A stretch of DNA of 64,000 nucleotides, taken from positions 9,424,001-9,488,000 of the forward strand of contig NC_043005.1 in the NCBI RefSeq assembly GCF_006345805.1, read 5' to 3'. The stretch is from Octopus sinensis. Lineage: Eukaryota. This document shows positions 41,163 to 55,219 of this stretch, in pieces (the first letter of the stretch is position 1; every line of letters starts with the position of its first letter). The translations under genes were made by a program, and so were the position numbers. The notes beneath the pieces are model-generated. The model worked only from the letters and a program-made list of their open reading frames with translations. It was not told the origin of the DNA and did not search any database.

Positions 41163-42359
41163 TATATATATATATATATATATATATACTTATATAAATA
41201 TATATATATATAAGGTTGTCCCAAAAGTTCGTAAAAACTTTGCGAAAATTTGAATATTTATGCAATTTTTAATTGTTTGTTTGGGTGTATATTATTATAG
41301 TCAATTTTCGCAAGTGTTTGCGAACTTTTGGGACGACCTAATATATATAATTTCGAAATGCAGAGTATTGAGACCATAATATCTTATACAAGAAGGCAAG
41401 AATTACGTTATACTTGAGAAGAAACTAAAACACAAACCCGCCCTTAATTAAATCGTGAAAAAATATTAAACACCCATCGTATACAACGAACATATTTTTA
41501 CGTATATTCATACCGTTCATATTTTAGTGTACACTCATGCCGCTAATAGTCACGTTGATAATCATTGATAAACGTAACATTGCAGTATCTTTTCTGTGTC
41601 GAATTTCTTATGGTTTCGGCCGTCATGTTTTAAAATACTTACATCAACTTATTGTTTTAACGCATGAGAGTCTCTATAAGAAATTTGCATTAAATTTGTT
41701 CCTGCTAATTCGTTAAATGATGCCATTGTTGAAGAGGAATGAATTTACATTTGATCTGATTTTGGTTTGGCCGTAAACGACATGGAATGATTTTGCATAG
41801 GCCGTCATTTGGGAGTTAATCTAAACTTTTAAAGCGTAATCAGACATAATGCATTTGCTACGGATTTTCATGGGTGGTTTGGTTTTACTCGCTCAAATAC
41901 AAGATGCTTCTCCATACTTAGGTAACTTTTCATGCTAGGTTTGCTAATTTACAGTTGATTAAAAGCTCCAAATACATTAACATCATGTTAGTAATACTGG
42001 TACATTTGTACCGAAAAGAATGGAATACACCGTTAGGTGATTTGCGGATTATATCACATGCTAAAAGCCTCTGATTCCATAGTGTATATATGCTTGAATG
42101 CATGCACGTAATTCAAACTTACCACTTTGTCAGTGTGCGTCATTCTTTTTCTATTAAGGAATTTCGATAACGCTACACACGCATACTGAAATCTCACCCA
42201 GGTATCCAATCATCCAGTGAACAGGTAATGCGTTTGATCGAACAACTAAATACTCATCGGCAAAAGCAACGGTGATCCATTAATATGAGTATTTATACTC
42301 ACACGCAGTTCACATTGACGTTCACACGCACGCACACACATAAACACAATACATACACA

Positions 42360-43445
42360 CAGCGCGCCGGGCGAAATGCTTATCGGTACGTTCTGAGTTC
42401 AAATTCTGCCGAGGTCGACTTTATCTTTAAAAGGCGGCGAGCTGGCAGAAGCGTTAGCACGCCGGGCGAAATGCGTAGCCGTATTTCGTCTGCCGGTACG
42501 TTCTGGGTTCAAATTCCACCGAGGTCTTCTTTGCCTTTCATCGTTTCGATGTCTATAAATTAAGTACCTATTTCTTTACTGCCCACAAGGGGCTAAACAC
42601 AGAGAGGACAAACAAGAACAGACAAAGGGATTAAGTCGATTACATCGACCCCAGTGCGCAACTGGCACTTAATTTATCGACCCCGAAAGGATGAAAGGCA
42701 AAGTGGACCTCGGCGGAATTTGAACTCAAAACGTAGCGGCAGACGAAATATCGCAACGCATTTCACCCGGCCTGCTAACGTTTCTGCCATAAGTACCAGT
42801 TACGCACTGGGGTCGATGTAATCGACTTAATCCGTTTGTCTGTCCTTGTTTGTCCTCTCTAAGTTTAGCCCCGTGTAGGTAGTAAAGAAATAGGTATTTC
42901 GTCTGCCGTTACGTTTTGTGTTCAAATTCCGCCGAGGTTGACTTTGCCTTTCATCCTTTCGGGGTCGATTAAATAAAGTACTTGTTACGCACTGGGGCCG
43001 ATATAATCGACTTAATCCGTTTGTCTGTCCTTATTTGTCCTCTCTATGTTTAGCCCCGTGTGGGTAGTAAAGAAATAGGTATTTCATCTGCCGTTACGTT
43101 TTGAGTTCAAATTCCGCCGAGGTCGACTTTGCCTTTCATCATTTCGGGGTCGAATAAATAAAGTACTAGTTACGCACTGGGGCCGATATAATCGACTTAA
43201 TCCGTTTGTCTGTCCTTATTTGTCCTCTCTATGTTTAGCCCCGTGTGGGTAGTAAAGAAATAGGTATTTCGTCTGCCGTTACGTTCTGAGTTCAAATTCG
43301 CCGAGGTCGACTTTGCCTTTCATCGTTTCGAGGTCTATAAATTAAGTACCAGTTACGCACTGGGGTCGATGTAATCGACTTAATCCGTTTGTCTCTCCTT
43401 GTTTGTCCCCTCTGTGTTTAGCCCCTTGTGGAGTAATAAATAAAT
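42360..43445. mobile_element. SINE family C cluster with a 185-bp tandem array
   Basis: Plus copies at 42360-42565, a minus copy at 42562-42789, then units starting at 42893, 43078 and 43263. Confidence 0.92.
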
Positions 43446-43599
43446 AACAATACACACACATATGCCCGCACATAGACACACAAATAAACACACACACACA
43501 CGCATACGCATGCATACACGTAGACACACACACACACATACATATATATGTGGGGGAAGGTGTATGTGTGTGTGTGTATTTATGTGTACACAAATGGTG

Positions 43600-44110
43600 G
43601 TTTCAGGAGTTTTGAACCACTTTTCAGAATATTTTCCAGACAATTAATTATTCCAAAGATGTACAACACATAGTTCCCATGCACTTGCCTCTCACCAGGC
43701 ACTTCATGAGGCCCCTACTGATGTCATACAAAGCAAAGGTGTCCATGACCCTTGTCACAATTTCCTCCATCTTATCAGCTTAGGGGATAAACAAAATTCA
43801 CAAAGGACATGGTGTAGACAGCAGGGAGAATAAGGGACAGTCTTCATACCCCTCTCTATCAAGTAGTTGGTTGCAACGACGGAATTTTGGACTGGTGCAT
43901 TGTCCTCGTGCAGACGCTCTGGCCTTTTGCGACGGAATCTCTTCTTGAACACCACCAGACCCTTCATAAAGTAGGCTTTGTTGACTGCCTGGCCAGACGT
44001 AACTCAGACGATGTCGTTGCTGTAGGAAAAGGGGATCAGCATGAGATTCCCGGTGAACTAGCTTTGCACGGCCTCTTGCGGCAGCGTAAAACGAGGTGCT
44101 TAACTCAAAC
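43600..44110 (-). pseudogene. Mariner transposase C-terminal half, frameshifted
   Basis: FRRKRPERLHEDNAPVQNS...GMKTVPYSPC...CEFCLSPKL resembles RRKRPxLWHxDNAPxH...VPHPPYSPDLAPCDFFLFPKL. Confidence 0.85.
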
Positions 44111-44452
44111 AAGTTAACCCATAATTAGACTGAAGCAACTCTTAAATTTCTGTGGTGCTTTTACTCAGTTTAAAGTGAAACGTTATTGCATCGAGAGCTT
44201 TCAAATTGTCTTCCCAGCACAATTGTATTCTGTAAACTTGGCAGCTGTGAGGAGCAGTCTTTAGTATAGCGTATTCAAATTGCCGCTGCAGCCTCTCTTT
44301 CAATATGGAATAACAAAAGTTGGGACGTCAGCTTATTAAGCATTTAATAATACACTACAGTTACAATAGTCTAAGACAGTTATAACCACCTACCCTAACA
44401 TCGTCTCAAAGCTTCTGGATGCACCTCGTCTAAGTATATAAATATATATATA

Positions 44453-44844
44453 CTAGCAGTATCGCCCGGCGTTGCTCGGGTTTGTAAGGGAAATAACTAT
44501 ATAAACATTTTTAGAGATGTAAAGTATAATAGCCATCTCATTATGGCTAACCACAAAGGAGGGTGTTACTGTAGCTTTTTACGTTCTGAGATTTAATAAT
44601 ACATTTTTAGAGAGTTACTTCCCTTATATAATAGCAAAAAATGCATTAAAAATGGGAAAAAATGATGGTAATTATTTTTTAATCGTAGACTTATCGTAGA
44701 CGCGCGCTAATACCCAGAAGGGCTCGATATGAATCACGACTATAATATACCCGCTTTTGGTTACACTGCACCGCAAAATGTGGGAGTAGTTAGGAATCTA
44801 AATCGTAGGAGACAGACACACAACTTCACTTTTATATATAAAGA
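44453..44844 (-). mobile_element. Non-autonomous Helitron
   Basis: Reverse complement of the 11363 family; A|TC...CTAG|T ends intact. Confidence 0.9.
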
Positions 44845-45161
44845 TATATAATTCCAAGAGAGTTAGAGGTTGTGAATCCAACCAACTAAGGGATAATATC
44901 TATCCAATATACTGCTAATAGAATACCCGATTATTAATACACAAGTGATTTTTCATTGCATCGCGGTTACATTACCGAGTATAATAAATGGGTGAGGGTA
45001 AAGAGTTATTTTACCATTAATTTATAGAGCAATAAGAAAATGGAGGGGATCAATAGGTAGTTCAACTTTTAGACATTAAATTATGTCAATTTATTTATTT
45101 ATTTACTAAAATGACAATTATAACAATATACATACATGTATAAAATATTATGCTTCACATA

Positions 45162-45667
45162 TCTATATATATAAAACTCTAGTTGTGTGAGTGTCTGTCC
45201 CCTTCGATTTAGATTCCTAACTCCTCCCACATTTTGCGGTGCAGTTTAACCAAATTCGGGTATCTTATAGTCGTGATTCATATCGAGCCCGTCTGACTAT
45301 TAGCGCGCGTCAACGATGAGTCTACGATTTTAAAAATAATTTAACATCATTTTTTATTCCATTTTAATGCATAAAATGCATCGTATGTCGATGGCGGCGG
45401 AGTTGGCGTCCACGCTCACAGCTGCACCTGTTTGCTTCTCCCCCTTCCCTCCCTCATCAAGCTGTGGGGAAGGGAGTGTAAAGAAATCAACGTCGTAATG
45501 CGTTGTGAAGGAAACCAGCGTTCTTTTAGAACAACGACTTCATGGTTTGAAGACACCAAAACAAAAATGGCTAAGAAAGCCCGAATTTATAAGGGAAGTA
45601 ACTCTCTAAAAATGCTTATATAGTTATTTCCCTTACAAACCCGAGCAACGCCGGGCGATACTGCTAG
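45162..45667 (+). mobile_element. Non-autonomous Helitron with an extra internal ~215-bp segment
   Basis: A|TCTATATATATAAAAC...CTAG|T; segment 45373-45587 is absent from the sibling copies. Confidence 0.9.
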
Positions 45668-46850
45668 TATAATATATAAAGATATCAGTAATTATTGAAA
45701 TATATAAGTTACATGAATTGAAATTGGGAAAAATGTCTTACAGCTGTTTCAGCCAAGAGGCAAAAATACCTCATTTTACCTTTATCCCTCCAGTAGCCTG
45801 AAGTAATTAGTAGACGAAATTGAGGTACTTGGGTATTTCTCTAGGCTTCGTCAGAGTTTTTAGAAAGTACATAAGGTTAAGTTATAAATATAAATACACA
45901 CACGTATACATACTTTGACGTAATATAATGTCTAAAAGTTGATGAATACGACCTATTGATCCCCTCCATTTTCTTATTGCTTGCTCTCTCTCTCTCTCTC
46001 TCTCTCTCGTATATATATATACATATCCCCAGCATGGCCTCAGCCGGATGGCTGAAACAAGTAAAAGAATATATACTTCTTTTAAATCGCTACACGGAGG
46101 CTGCATTTTCAGAAGTGTGAATAGAACTTGAGTTAAATATCTGTATACGTGGTGTTTGAAAACAGGTTATCTACATCCTTCGCTCGAAGCCAGAATTTAT
46201 CTACATCCAAGGAGCTCACAATAATCGCCTTCCAAATCTGAGTATAAACCCAAACAATCAGGAACAATATTAATGTCTTAAATACTACTTGAAACAGTAA
46301 TTCGTCGTTGGAGATAAAAGTATTTCTGATAAACAAACATCATTTTGAACTTAAAGTCTTAAGCGAATCAATACAAGGATTAAAATAAAATCTCAGTCCG
46401 ATATAGGATTCTTTCAGAAGTACACAGTCATGGTAGGAAACGGAGGAACGATTGAAATTCTGCTACAAAATTTCATTATTACGTGGAAAAAAAATTGATG
46501 TAAAATAGAAATAAAATTCATCAATATATTATCTTGTATAAAATGAATAAATATTTATTAGCGGAAGAGAAGTAGTTAGAGATTTGAAGTGCAAAAGAGA
46601 AAATAATCCAACGGAAGTAGAGGGGGAGGTGGGCAAAAATTGGAATTCTGAATAAAACAAAATACGAGAAAAGTAATATAAAGAATGAGTGGTAATAATT
46701 TGGAAAAGAGAAAAAAGAAATAATGTCTGTGACCTGAAACGGTAGGACAGAAGCGGAAGAGTGCGATGAAGATATGCATAGAGATAAATATATACACGCA
46801 CAAACAGTCAAGCATGAACGAACCACGCAAAGACACATGTACACACTTGC

Positions 46851-46898
<48 letters not shown>

Positions 46899-47311
46899 AT
46901 GTATGTATGTATGTATGTATGTATGTATGTATGTGAATATATATATATATATGTGTGTGTATACACATATATACAAATGTATATATATATATATGTATAT
47001 ATGTATATGTATATGTATATATATGTGTATATGTATCTTCGAAACGTAGAGTAGATGAAACCATGGCGACTGAAGAAGGAGTTTTTTCCTTGTGTTATTT
47101 GTCCTGTACTCTATTTTTTTTTTGTTGTTTAAGAAAAATGTCCAGTTCCTTGGGTTTGTGTCTATGTTTTCGTTTCTCATTGTGTTCGACGTATTTTCTG
47201 GTGTCCTGTACTCATATATGCGTGTATATATACATGTAGAGGTAGGTACGTGCATATATGTTTATATATATGCATATGTTTTATTTTATTTATTGATATA
47301 TTATATATATA

Positions 47312-47367
<56 letters not shown>

Positions 47368-47604
47368 ACATACATATACATATATACATATGTATATATA
47401 TATATATAGATATAGATGTGTGTATATGTATGCATGTATATATATACACGCATACATACACATACATATATACGCATACATAGGAATATATGTGTGGAAT
47501 TGAATGACCTTGTGCCTGTGCATGCATGTGAGTATGCGTCTGCGTGAAAATAAAATAAAAGTTGAAATTGTGAAATGGCGTAAGAGGCCAAGACAATGTA
47601 TATG

Positions 47605-47795
47605 CCAAAAGAAGAAGAAGAAAAAGAAGAAGGAGGAGAAGAAGAAGAAGAAGAAGAAGGAGGAGGAGGAGGAGGAGAAGAAGAAGAAGAAGAAGAAGAG
47701 GAGGAGGAGGAGGGGGAGGAGGAAGTAGTAGTAGTAGTAGTAGTAGTAGCAGCGGCGGTAGTAGTAGTAGCAGCAGCAGCAGCAGCTCTGCTAGT
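47605..47795. repeat. (GAA)/(GGA)/(GTA)/(GCA) trinucleotide tract
   Basis: Read directly; source of the poly-E/K ORFs. Confidence 0.95.
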
Positions 47796-47836
47796 TAATA
47801 AAAACTAAACATCCGCCAACGACTAAACAAATACCA

Positions 47837-48123
47837 ATTTCTTTACTACCCACAAGGGGCTAAACACAGAGGGGATAAACAAAGACAGACAAAGGGATTA
47901 AGTCGATTACATCGACCCCAGTGCGTAACTAGTACTTAATTTATCTACCGTGAAAGGATGATAGGCAAAGTCGACCTCAGTGGAATTTGAACTCAGAACG
48001 TAACGGCAACCGAAATACCTATTTTTTTTTACTACCCATAAGGGGCTAAACACAGAGAGGACAAACAAGGACAGACAAACGGATTAAGTCGGCGTGCTAA
48101 CGATGCTGCCAGCACGCCGCCTT
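47837..48123 (-). mobile_element. SINE family C dimer-type copy with TSD
   Basis: Head, deleted first unit, tail-to-GGTATTTC junction at about 48012-48023, then a second unit; 17-bp TSD CGACTAAACA(A/G)A(T/C)ACCA at 47820-47836 and 48124-48140. Confidence 0.8.
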
Positions 48124-48424
48124 CGACTAAACAGACACCATTGAAGTGGCAATAACAGCAATGAAAATAACTATGAATGAAAATAACTATGAAGTAAAGC
48201 AGGTTTTGAGAATGAAGAATTGATAGTATAATGATATTCAAAATAAAAATAAAGATTTCTTGGATTATAATGAGCCACAAGGCCATCATAGGTGTGGATG
48301 CAGTTACAAAGGCAGTAATCGATTTATGTGGGTGAGTAGATAAAAGGTGAGGAGAAAGGATTATGGGAAGGTTGGTTAAATGCGATAATAGTAAACATTG
48401 CATATAAAGGTGTGCGATACTGTT

Positions 48425-48428
48425 ACCT

Positions 48429-48512
<84 letters not shown>

Positions 48513-48658
48513 CTTCTCTACTACTACTACAACTACTACTACTACTATTTCTTCTACTACAACTACTACTACTACTACAACTACTAATACTGCTGCTGCT
48601 GCTACTACTGCTGCGGCTACTACTACTACTACAACTACTAATACTGCTGCTGCTGCTG

Positions 48659-48689
<31 letters not shown>

Positions 48690-48712
48690 GACTACTACTA
48701 CTACTACTACCC
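48425..48712. repeat. (TAC)/(TTC)/(TGC) trinucleotide tract
   Basis: Read directly. Confidence 0.95.
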
Positions 48713-49453
48713 TATTCATTCTACCCTAGGCACATGGTATGAACATTTTGCAGGAGCGGAGTTAGGTGATTCCATCGCCCTTAGATTTTAACAAGCATTT
48801 ATTTCATTGACACCAAAAGAACAAACGGCAACGTCCACCTCGGCGTGATTTGGATTCATTCAGGAGGTAAAGACGGACGAAATACCGCCAAACATTTTGT
48901 TCGGCGTGCAAACGATTCTGGATAACAAGAGAGAAATTTGGGATCAGGAAAGGGAATAAGTGTGGTGGGGAAGAATTGTGGTGGAAGAGATGAACGGGGC
49001 TGATGGGTGGAAGGGCTGTTTCACCTAGGTGCTCCCATACGCACATATACTCATACATACACACATAAATACACATACGTATAGATATATATATATAACT
49101 TAATTCCCGTGTTGCGTTGCTGTTGCTGATCTTTCTTGACATAATCCACTCGATTTTGCATTCGTGTGTGTTCATCGCCCCTTTCCAAGTGAGGTGTGAA
49201 AGCGGAGGAGTCTGACGTGTGATGCAATCTGTTAGAGCCACCTCTGGCTTCTTCCATGTAACTGAGCAAAGCAGACATCACCACGTTTGGTTTTGAAAAT
49301 ATCTTTTTTCAAAACGAATTTGAAACAAATTAACCAACCAGATCTATGAGGTTCCGGTCACTTTAAGAAATGGTTTGTAGTAAAATAAGAACTTTTGCAG
49401 GTACAAATAACAGATAAAATTTACGAACGAAACGACGCGCGTCTAATCAGTAA

Positions 49454-49586
<133 letters not shown>

Positions 49587-49589
49587 AAT

Positions 49590-51640
49590 ATGGTGTTACC
49601 TCTGCCGTACACAGGCGGGTGTAACCTCTGCGTCTGTGGCAGGATTCCAGGAAGTTACACAGGGCGAAATTGGTGTCCTAAAGCCTTGCTCGACAACCAA
49701 ATTAGAGCTGGTGTTGTATTTGGGGATAACCCGTTACATGAAAATCTGAAATAAACACACCCGTGGAGTAAACCATGCAAAAATCATTCTAATTCGTTGC
49801 AACGATGACAACAATTTCAAACTCAAATAACGGCATGGAGGGAAAGACTCGCCTAGATGTCCAAGAGGCCAGATCTCTTGCGCCCGGCAGGGCTCCTGAA
49901 AGGGCAAGGAATTGGGAGAGCAGACTTCACCCAGTCGTAATCCTTACTGGTCAAAATATGCAACGTTCTCGCAAGTGCAAGTTGTCTGTAGATAAAAACA
50001 AAAACGCAATTAAATGCCATGAAGAAGTCTTACTAGACAAGAACAATGGCAAATGAAAAGCAGTCGGAAAAAGATCATTAAAATTTGGAACTGGCTGGGT
50101 ATGTTCCAAATTATTGAAAATGGTCTCATGAATCATTTGTTAATGGGGCCCAGATACAGACAACCAGGAAAAGCCTCCGAAGTGATGATAACCTCGAGGA
50201 GAATAATGCAGGTGAAGATCAGCGAATACGTTGGCACGGTGTAGTAGAGGATAGGCTGGTCAATCAATATAATGGGGATAACCCTGTATTACGAGAGGGT
50301 TGTACTAAGGAACAGAAAAACCCCAGGATAAGACTCAAGGATATAATAGTTACAAGAACAGAGACCAAGCCATTGAATTTGAGAAGCTTCAATGAAACGC
50401 GCGACAGCAAAAGGGTTGATGAGATTCTGAAATACATCCTAACAAAACACCTAACAGAAAGAAGGGATTTGATTAGATCCGCTTCAATTTTAGTAGATGA
50501 ACTGGTTGGAAAGAAATAGGAAAATGGTCGGGTAGAAAGAGCCATGTACAAAGAGGAGAATTGAAAGCGATATTAAAACTGGCAGAATATTTGGTAAACA
50601 GCAAACAAGACCTGCTACAGTATGCTGCTAATGCAGAAAGATTTACCAAAAATGGATTTAACAGTGCTAATTAATTCTGATCACGAGTAGCCAACGAGAG
50701 AGAAAAAACTCTACTCCACATGGAATTGCATGGTCAGTTCCATCGTGAAACTAACAACTTAAAGGACCAGGAATCATCATGGAGGTGACTCAGCAAGTGT
50801 AACCTAAAAAAGATTCAAAGACTAATCATTGCTGCTGAGGATCAGGCATTGAATACCAACTCAGGGCGCAACGAACCTCTACAAATTGTGTGGTAAGAGG
50901 GTCGAAAGCGAGTGTGAAAGTCTTGCGCAGAAATAGTATAGACGCAGACACGATAAGGTAGCGCAAAACCTTCACTAGCTACTCTGCCGGAAGTGTGGAT
51001 ACGACTTAACGGGTGCTTGGTACAAATATGCATCACAAAAGGTAATGAACGAAAAAGGGATGGCAGAAATCCTCTGGGACTTTGACTTGCAGTTAGACAT
51101 CGTGTTAGAGCACCGAGGGTAGGATATAGTAATATTTAGGAGGGACAAACAAGAGTACCTAATAATCGACATGGTAGAGCAAGGAGATCAACTTATTGTC
51201 ATGAAAGAAAGAGAAACGATTGATAAATATGGAGACCTAAGAATTGAGATCGCCCAGATGTGGCAGGTACGAGAGTCAAGCATAAAGTTTGCCCTTATTG
51301 TCATCGGACTTTGGGTTCAATACCACCCAACCTGAAGAAAGATATGTAAACTTTGAAAATACCCTACAATCTAGGTGTATTGCTAAAATCGACTTTACCT
51401 GAAACTGCATGCATATTGCTGTCTGTCTATGGTCTTTGTTGTGGCTTGACAGACAGTACAAACACTGGGTAGACACAATCTATTCAATCAACAACATCAC
51501 GATATTGGATACTGTGCGGAAAGCAAGGATTATCAGGAGGGTTCTAAGCACTTGAAAGTCAACTGAAAACTTGTTATGGACATAAATCTTACCAGGAATA
51601 AGACCGAACCTGAGTCAAACCAAAGAATAAGACTTATAAA
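49590..51640 (+). mobile_element. R4/Dong-clade non-LTR element, internally deleted (RT missing), decayed
   Basis: RVDEILKYILTKHLTE...KRRIESDIK (N-terminal) at about 50400-50580 jumps to LHGQFHRE...IIAAEDQALNTN...YRRRHDKVAQNLH...ILWDFDLQ...IDM...KYGDLRIEI (RLE domain); the 5' end abuts (AAT)n(AAG)n(AAC)n. Confidence 0.85.
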
Positions 51641-53714
51641 ATATATTTTTTAATATAATTTAGACACATGGTATCTCATATGGTATAATCTATTGACTTG
51701 GAAGCTTAGATAAATGATGTTTCTCTCTAACAGATGGTACTTACAAAACCTATTTAAAACAAACATGTAATAATCATTTGGTTGATATAATAATCAGTTG
51801 TGGTTGAAGATATAATTTTCAGAGGCCACGTGACCTTGGATTACATAGCAGACGCCTTCGTTATTTTGCCGGTATGATATGATACCCACTGCCAAACAGA
51901 CATGGTTAACATCTCTCAGCGTATCTATATTCATAAAATGTTCATCGCTCGAATATCAGATTTCCAGATTTAACACTGGTTTGCTAACACCTAAGATACA
52001 TTGATTTTTCTTTGGTCCGGATAATTCACTTTCAAAATCAATACAAGACGTGTTGGCTACAGATACTTTCATGATGCAATTGATCAAGAAATCTTAGATT
52101 TGCAGGCTTTATTTTATTCTCTTGACTACGTAATCTACACAGTTTCCACTTCACGATTTAACACGTTAAAACCATTTATAATTGCTATTTTCCTTAGAGT
52201 TGTTTCTCCTCATATGTTTTTATTATCAATTTTGAGTCGATTCATACCGAGGAAATCATTAGATTTGTGAGGCGTATTGCCATTAAGAAGACAGATAGCT
52301 CTTGATCACATTGTCATGCGATACACGTGAGAATTCAACAATATCTATTCATTTTCAAAGAACTCAGTTCTATATTGATACGCGAGAAAATTAATACCCA
52401 TCTACGAGTGTATTTATGTATGTATAAGTGTATCATATGTACATGTATGTGTATATGTTATATTGTACCTAAGAACTTAAAGCACCTTATCTTTTGAAGT
52501 GGAAATGAAACTATCCAACAATATTCTGTGTCATGTACGACAATCAACACAGCACTATGTCTATAAAACAAACGCTCTGATATATCAGTCATTCAGTCCG
52601 CCCACGTATGAATAGATGTAATGCATGTGTGAAGAGTTTACCGTTAGAAAATAACGAGAGGGTTGTGTAATAGCGTTGTTGTGGTAAATTTAAAGTCTTT
52701 TATTTGTAACATTATTTGAACTAGTGTTTAATCCAGGGACAGAGATATCTTTCAACTATTTAGCTCTTTGAACAAGGATATATATATACATATACTTTTC
52801 ACAATTTGATGATACCTTCTAGGATAATAAATAATACTGAACACCTTATATAACCTAATACTGCACGGTCGTTATTTTGGATGCGATAATAAAATAGAGA
52901 AAATGTTACAACAATCATTGTTTGCACGCATTCGGTATACAGTGTCGTTCAATGATTGAAACAAGAGAAAATACATAATCATCTAGTTTTAGTTACCGTG
53001 CCAAGTCTAAGGAAGATGGAAGTGTTGCAGCCGGAATTAATCAGAAGGGGACTGATTCAAGGAAGGAGTGATTCTATAGAACACATCCAACAGAACACGG
53101 TATTTCCTACAAAATTTAAAACAGGAAATGAACAGTCTCCACTAATAGATTTTTTTTTTTACTATTAACGTAAGTGTAAATATGCGTTGAATTGTTCTCT
53201 TCAATAGATGTAGCTCACTTGAATGTATTAATTGCCAGTTTCCTCAGCCGGCTTGAATGGGCTTGTTCTGGTTTGACATTATCTGTCTATATCAGTAACA
53301 GTACGTTCTCGCTAAATGTCATTGCCGCCGCCACAGATGTCACCGCAGTTTGCTTTGCAGGCCGCCACCGTCCCTGCGCCGTGGTATGTTTACTCATTTA
53401 GTACTTTTTTTTCTCTTATGTTGAACACGAAACACGCCACGTCTTTATGCAGCAAAGTAACTTCATGCACTGTATAAAGCCAGACAGACCAAAGTAAACT
53501 CATAGCCTGATGACAGCTACTTAGCGGAGACTTCGGAACCACTGCCAACTTTTTGTAAAGATTAATAGATATGTTCTCCACTAAAAGATATTAAATGACG
53601 CTTCTCCTCGTCAATATTAGATCATTTTTATATATAAGGTTACACACATATACATACACACTCACACACATATTTATGCATACATGCATATATATATATA
53701 TACATATGTGTGTA

Positions 53715-53755
<41 letters not shown>

Positions 53756-54880
53756 GCGTGTATATATATGTATATCAATGTATAATGTTGATCTATATTT
53801 CTATTCAATTAGAATAATAAATAGTGTAAGGCTACAGCCAGTGTTATCATACATAATATTTGGGGTAATAAAAATAAAAAGGAAACCAGGACTAAATAGA
53901 GAAATATAGTACTAATCGATGATATATTTTCCCCCAGGGAATACAAGAAACAGCATTGGCAAGTATTCGTTCTATTCGAATATCAGCGAATCATCTACAA
54001 TATATAAGAACATACACTTATTAGAACAAGAATGTATATTTAATTGTTTCAGATTATATAATTTTCAGACTCCACACTGAATAGTAACATTTCAGTAGGT
54101 TAGTGTAAATATATTTTATTAAGAAGAAATAAAAAAGATACGATAAATAGAAGTTTATCTGCGGTGGCAGGTAAAAAGACTATTTAGTAGTCAATCGCAT
54201 AAAAGTCATCATTAATTTTTCCTTCTCTCAGCAAGTAAATTCAGTTGTGTTTCTCTTTTGTTAAAATTTTTTCTGGTTACAGTTAAATAATTGTGTCTTA
54301 CAAGCTCTCTTATATGCACATGGAGAGATAATATATTACGCAGAAGAAAGAACAATGGCTTGCTACAACATGGACGGCTAGGGAATGCTCTGAACTATGA
54401 AGTGCAACCGAAACTAGGTGATTCAAGAGAAGCGATGAGTAAATGATGCGGTCGCAGAATGCCCACAGGAATAAGTCTGCTGAGCGAGACACCATACCAA
54501 CTTCACAGACAATTAGAAAATCTGTGTAGCTATCAGGATGCAGGATTTGTTTCGAGTTGATTTCAGTTCGATTAACTGCTGTAAGTGAAAGTCCCCACCT
54601 GCCTGAGTCCCTTGGAGTGAATCTCAATGATCATCTCCCGTAGGCAATTTCGTGACAAGATAATTAACCTATAGCTAAAGCCCTGATTTGTGTTTCTAGT
54701 CCGGGCCGGGTCAGAGTAAACCTGAAAACAATATTGGCTGCAAATACCGGAAGTGCCGAACGTGGGTCACACCAGTGGAAGCAGTCATACAAAGACAAAA
54801 TTTCTCCCTTACCTTCTCTCTCTCTCTCATTCTCCCTCTCTATCTCTCACTTCCTCTATCTGAATATCTATGTCTCTTAA

Positions 54881-55175
54881 TATCACGTGATCGACCAGAC
54901 CATCAGATGTTGTTACACATCGCTGGTCACAATGCGTTCGCATTGTTTTAGCCTTCGAATGACGCCACCCCGCTGGCTAAGCGAGCAGGCCAACAGAAGA
55001 AAGAGTGGGAGAAAGAGTGGTGAAAGAGTACAGCAGGGATCACCACCCCCTGCCGGAGCCTCGTGGAGCTTTTAGGTGTTTTCGCTCAATAAACACACAC
55101 AACGCCCGGTCTGGGAATCGAAACCGCGATCCTGCGACCGCGAGTCCGCTGCCCTAACCACTAGGCCATTGCGCC
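54881..55175 (-). mobile_element. SINE family B, full length
   Basis: Reverse complement of 4670-4977. Confidence 0.92.
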
Positions 55176-55188
55176 ACTATGACTCTTA

Positions 55189-55219
<31 letters not shown>

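Noticed and set aside
42791-43445. CRISPR-like array or prokaryotic contamination
   Set aside because: The units are contiguous SINE modules without unique spacers; there are no cas-like ORFs and the context is eukaryotic.
47035-47095. GAAACGTA followed by CTGAAGA
   Set aside because: The order and pairing give no hammerhead topology; there is no GAAA after the putative stem II.
49590-49690. HDV-like ribozyme at the Dong-like 5' end
   Set aside because: I can form only a simple nested hairpin; no P2 or P1.1 pseudoknot pairing was found.
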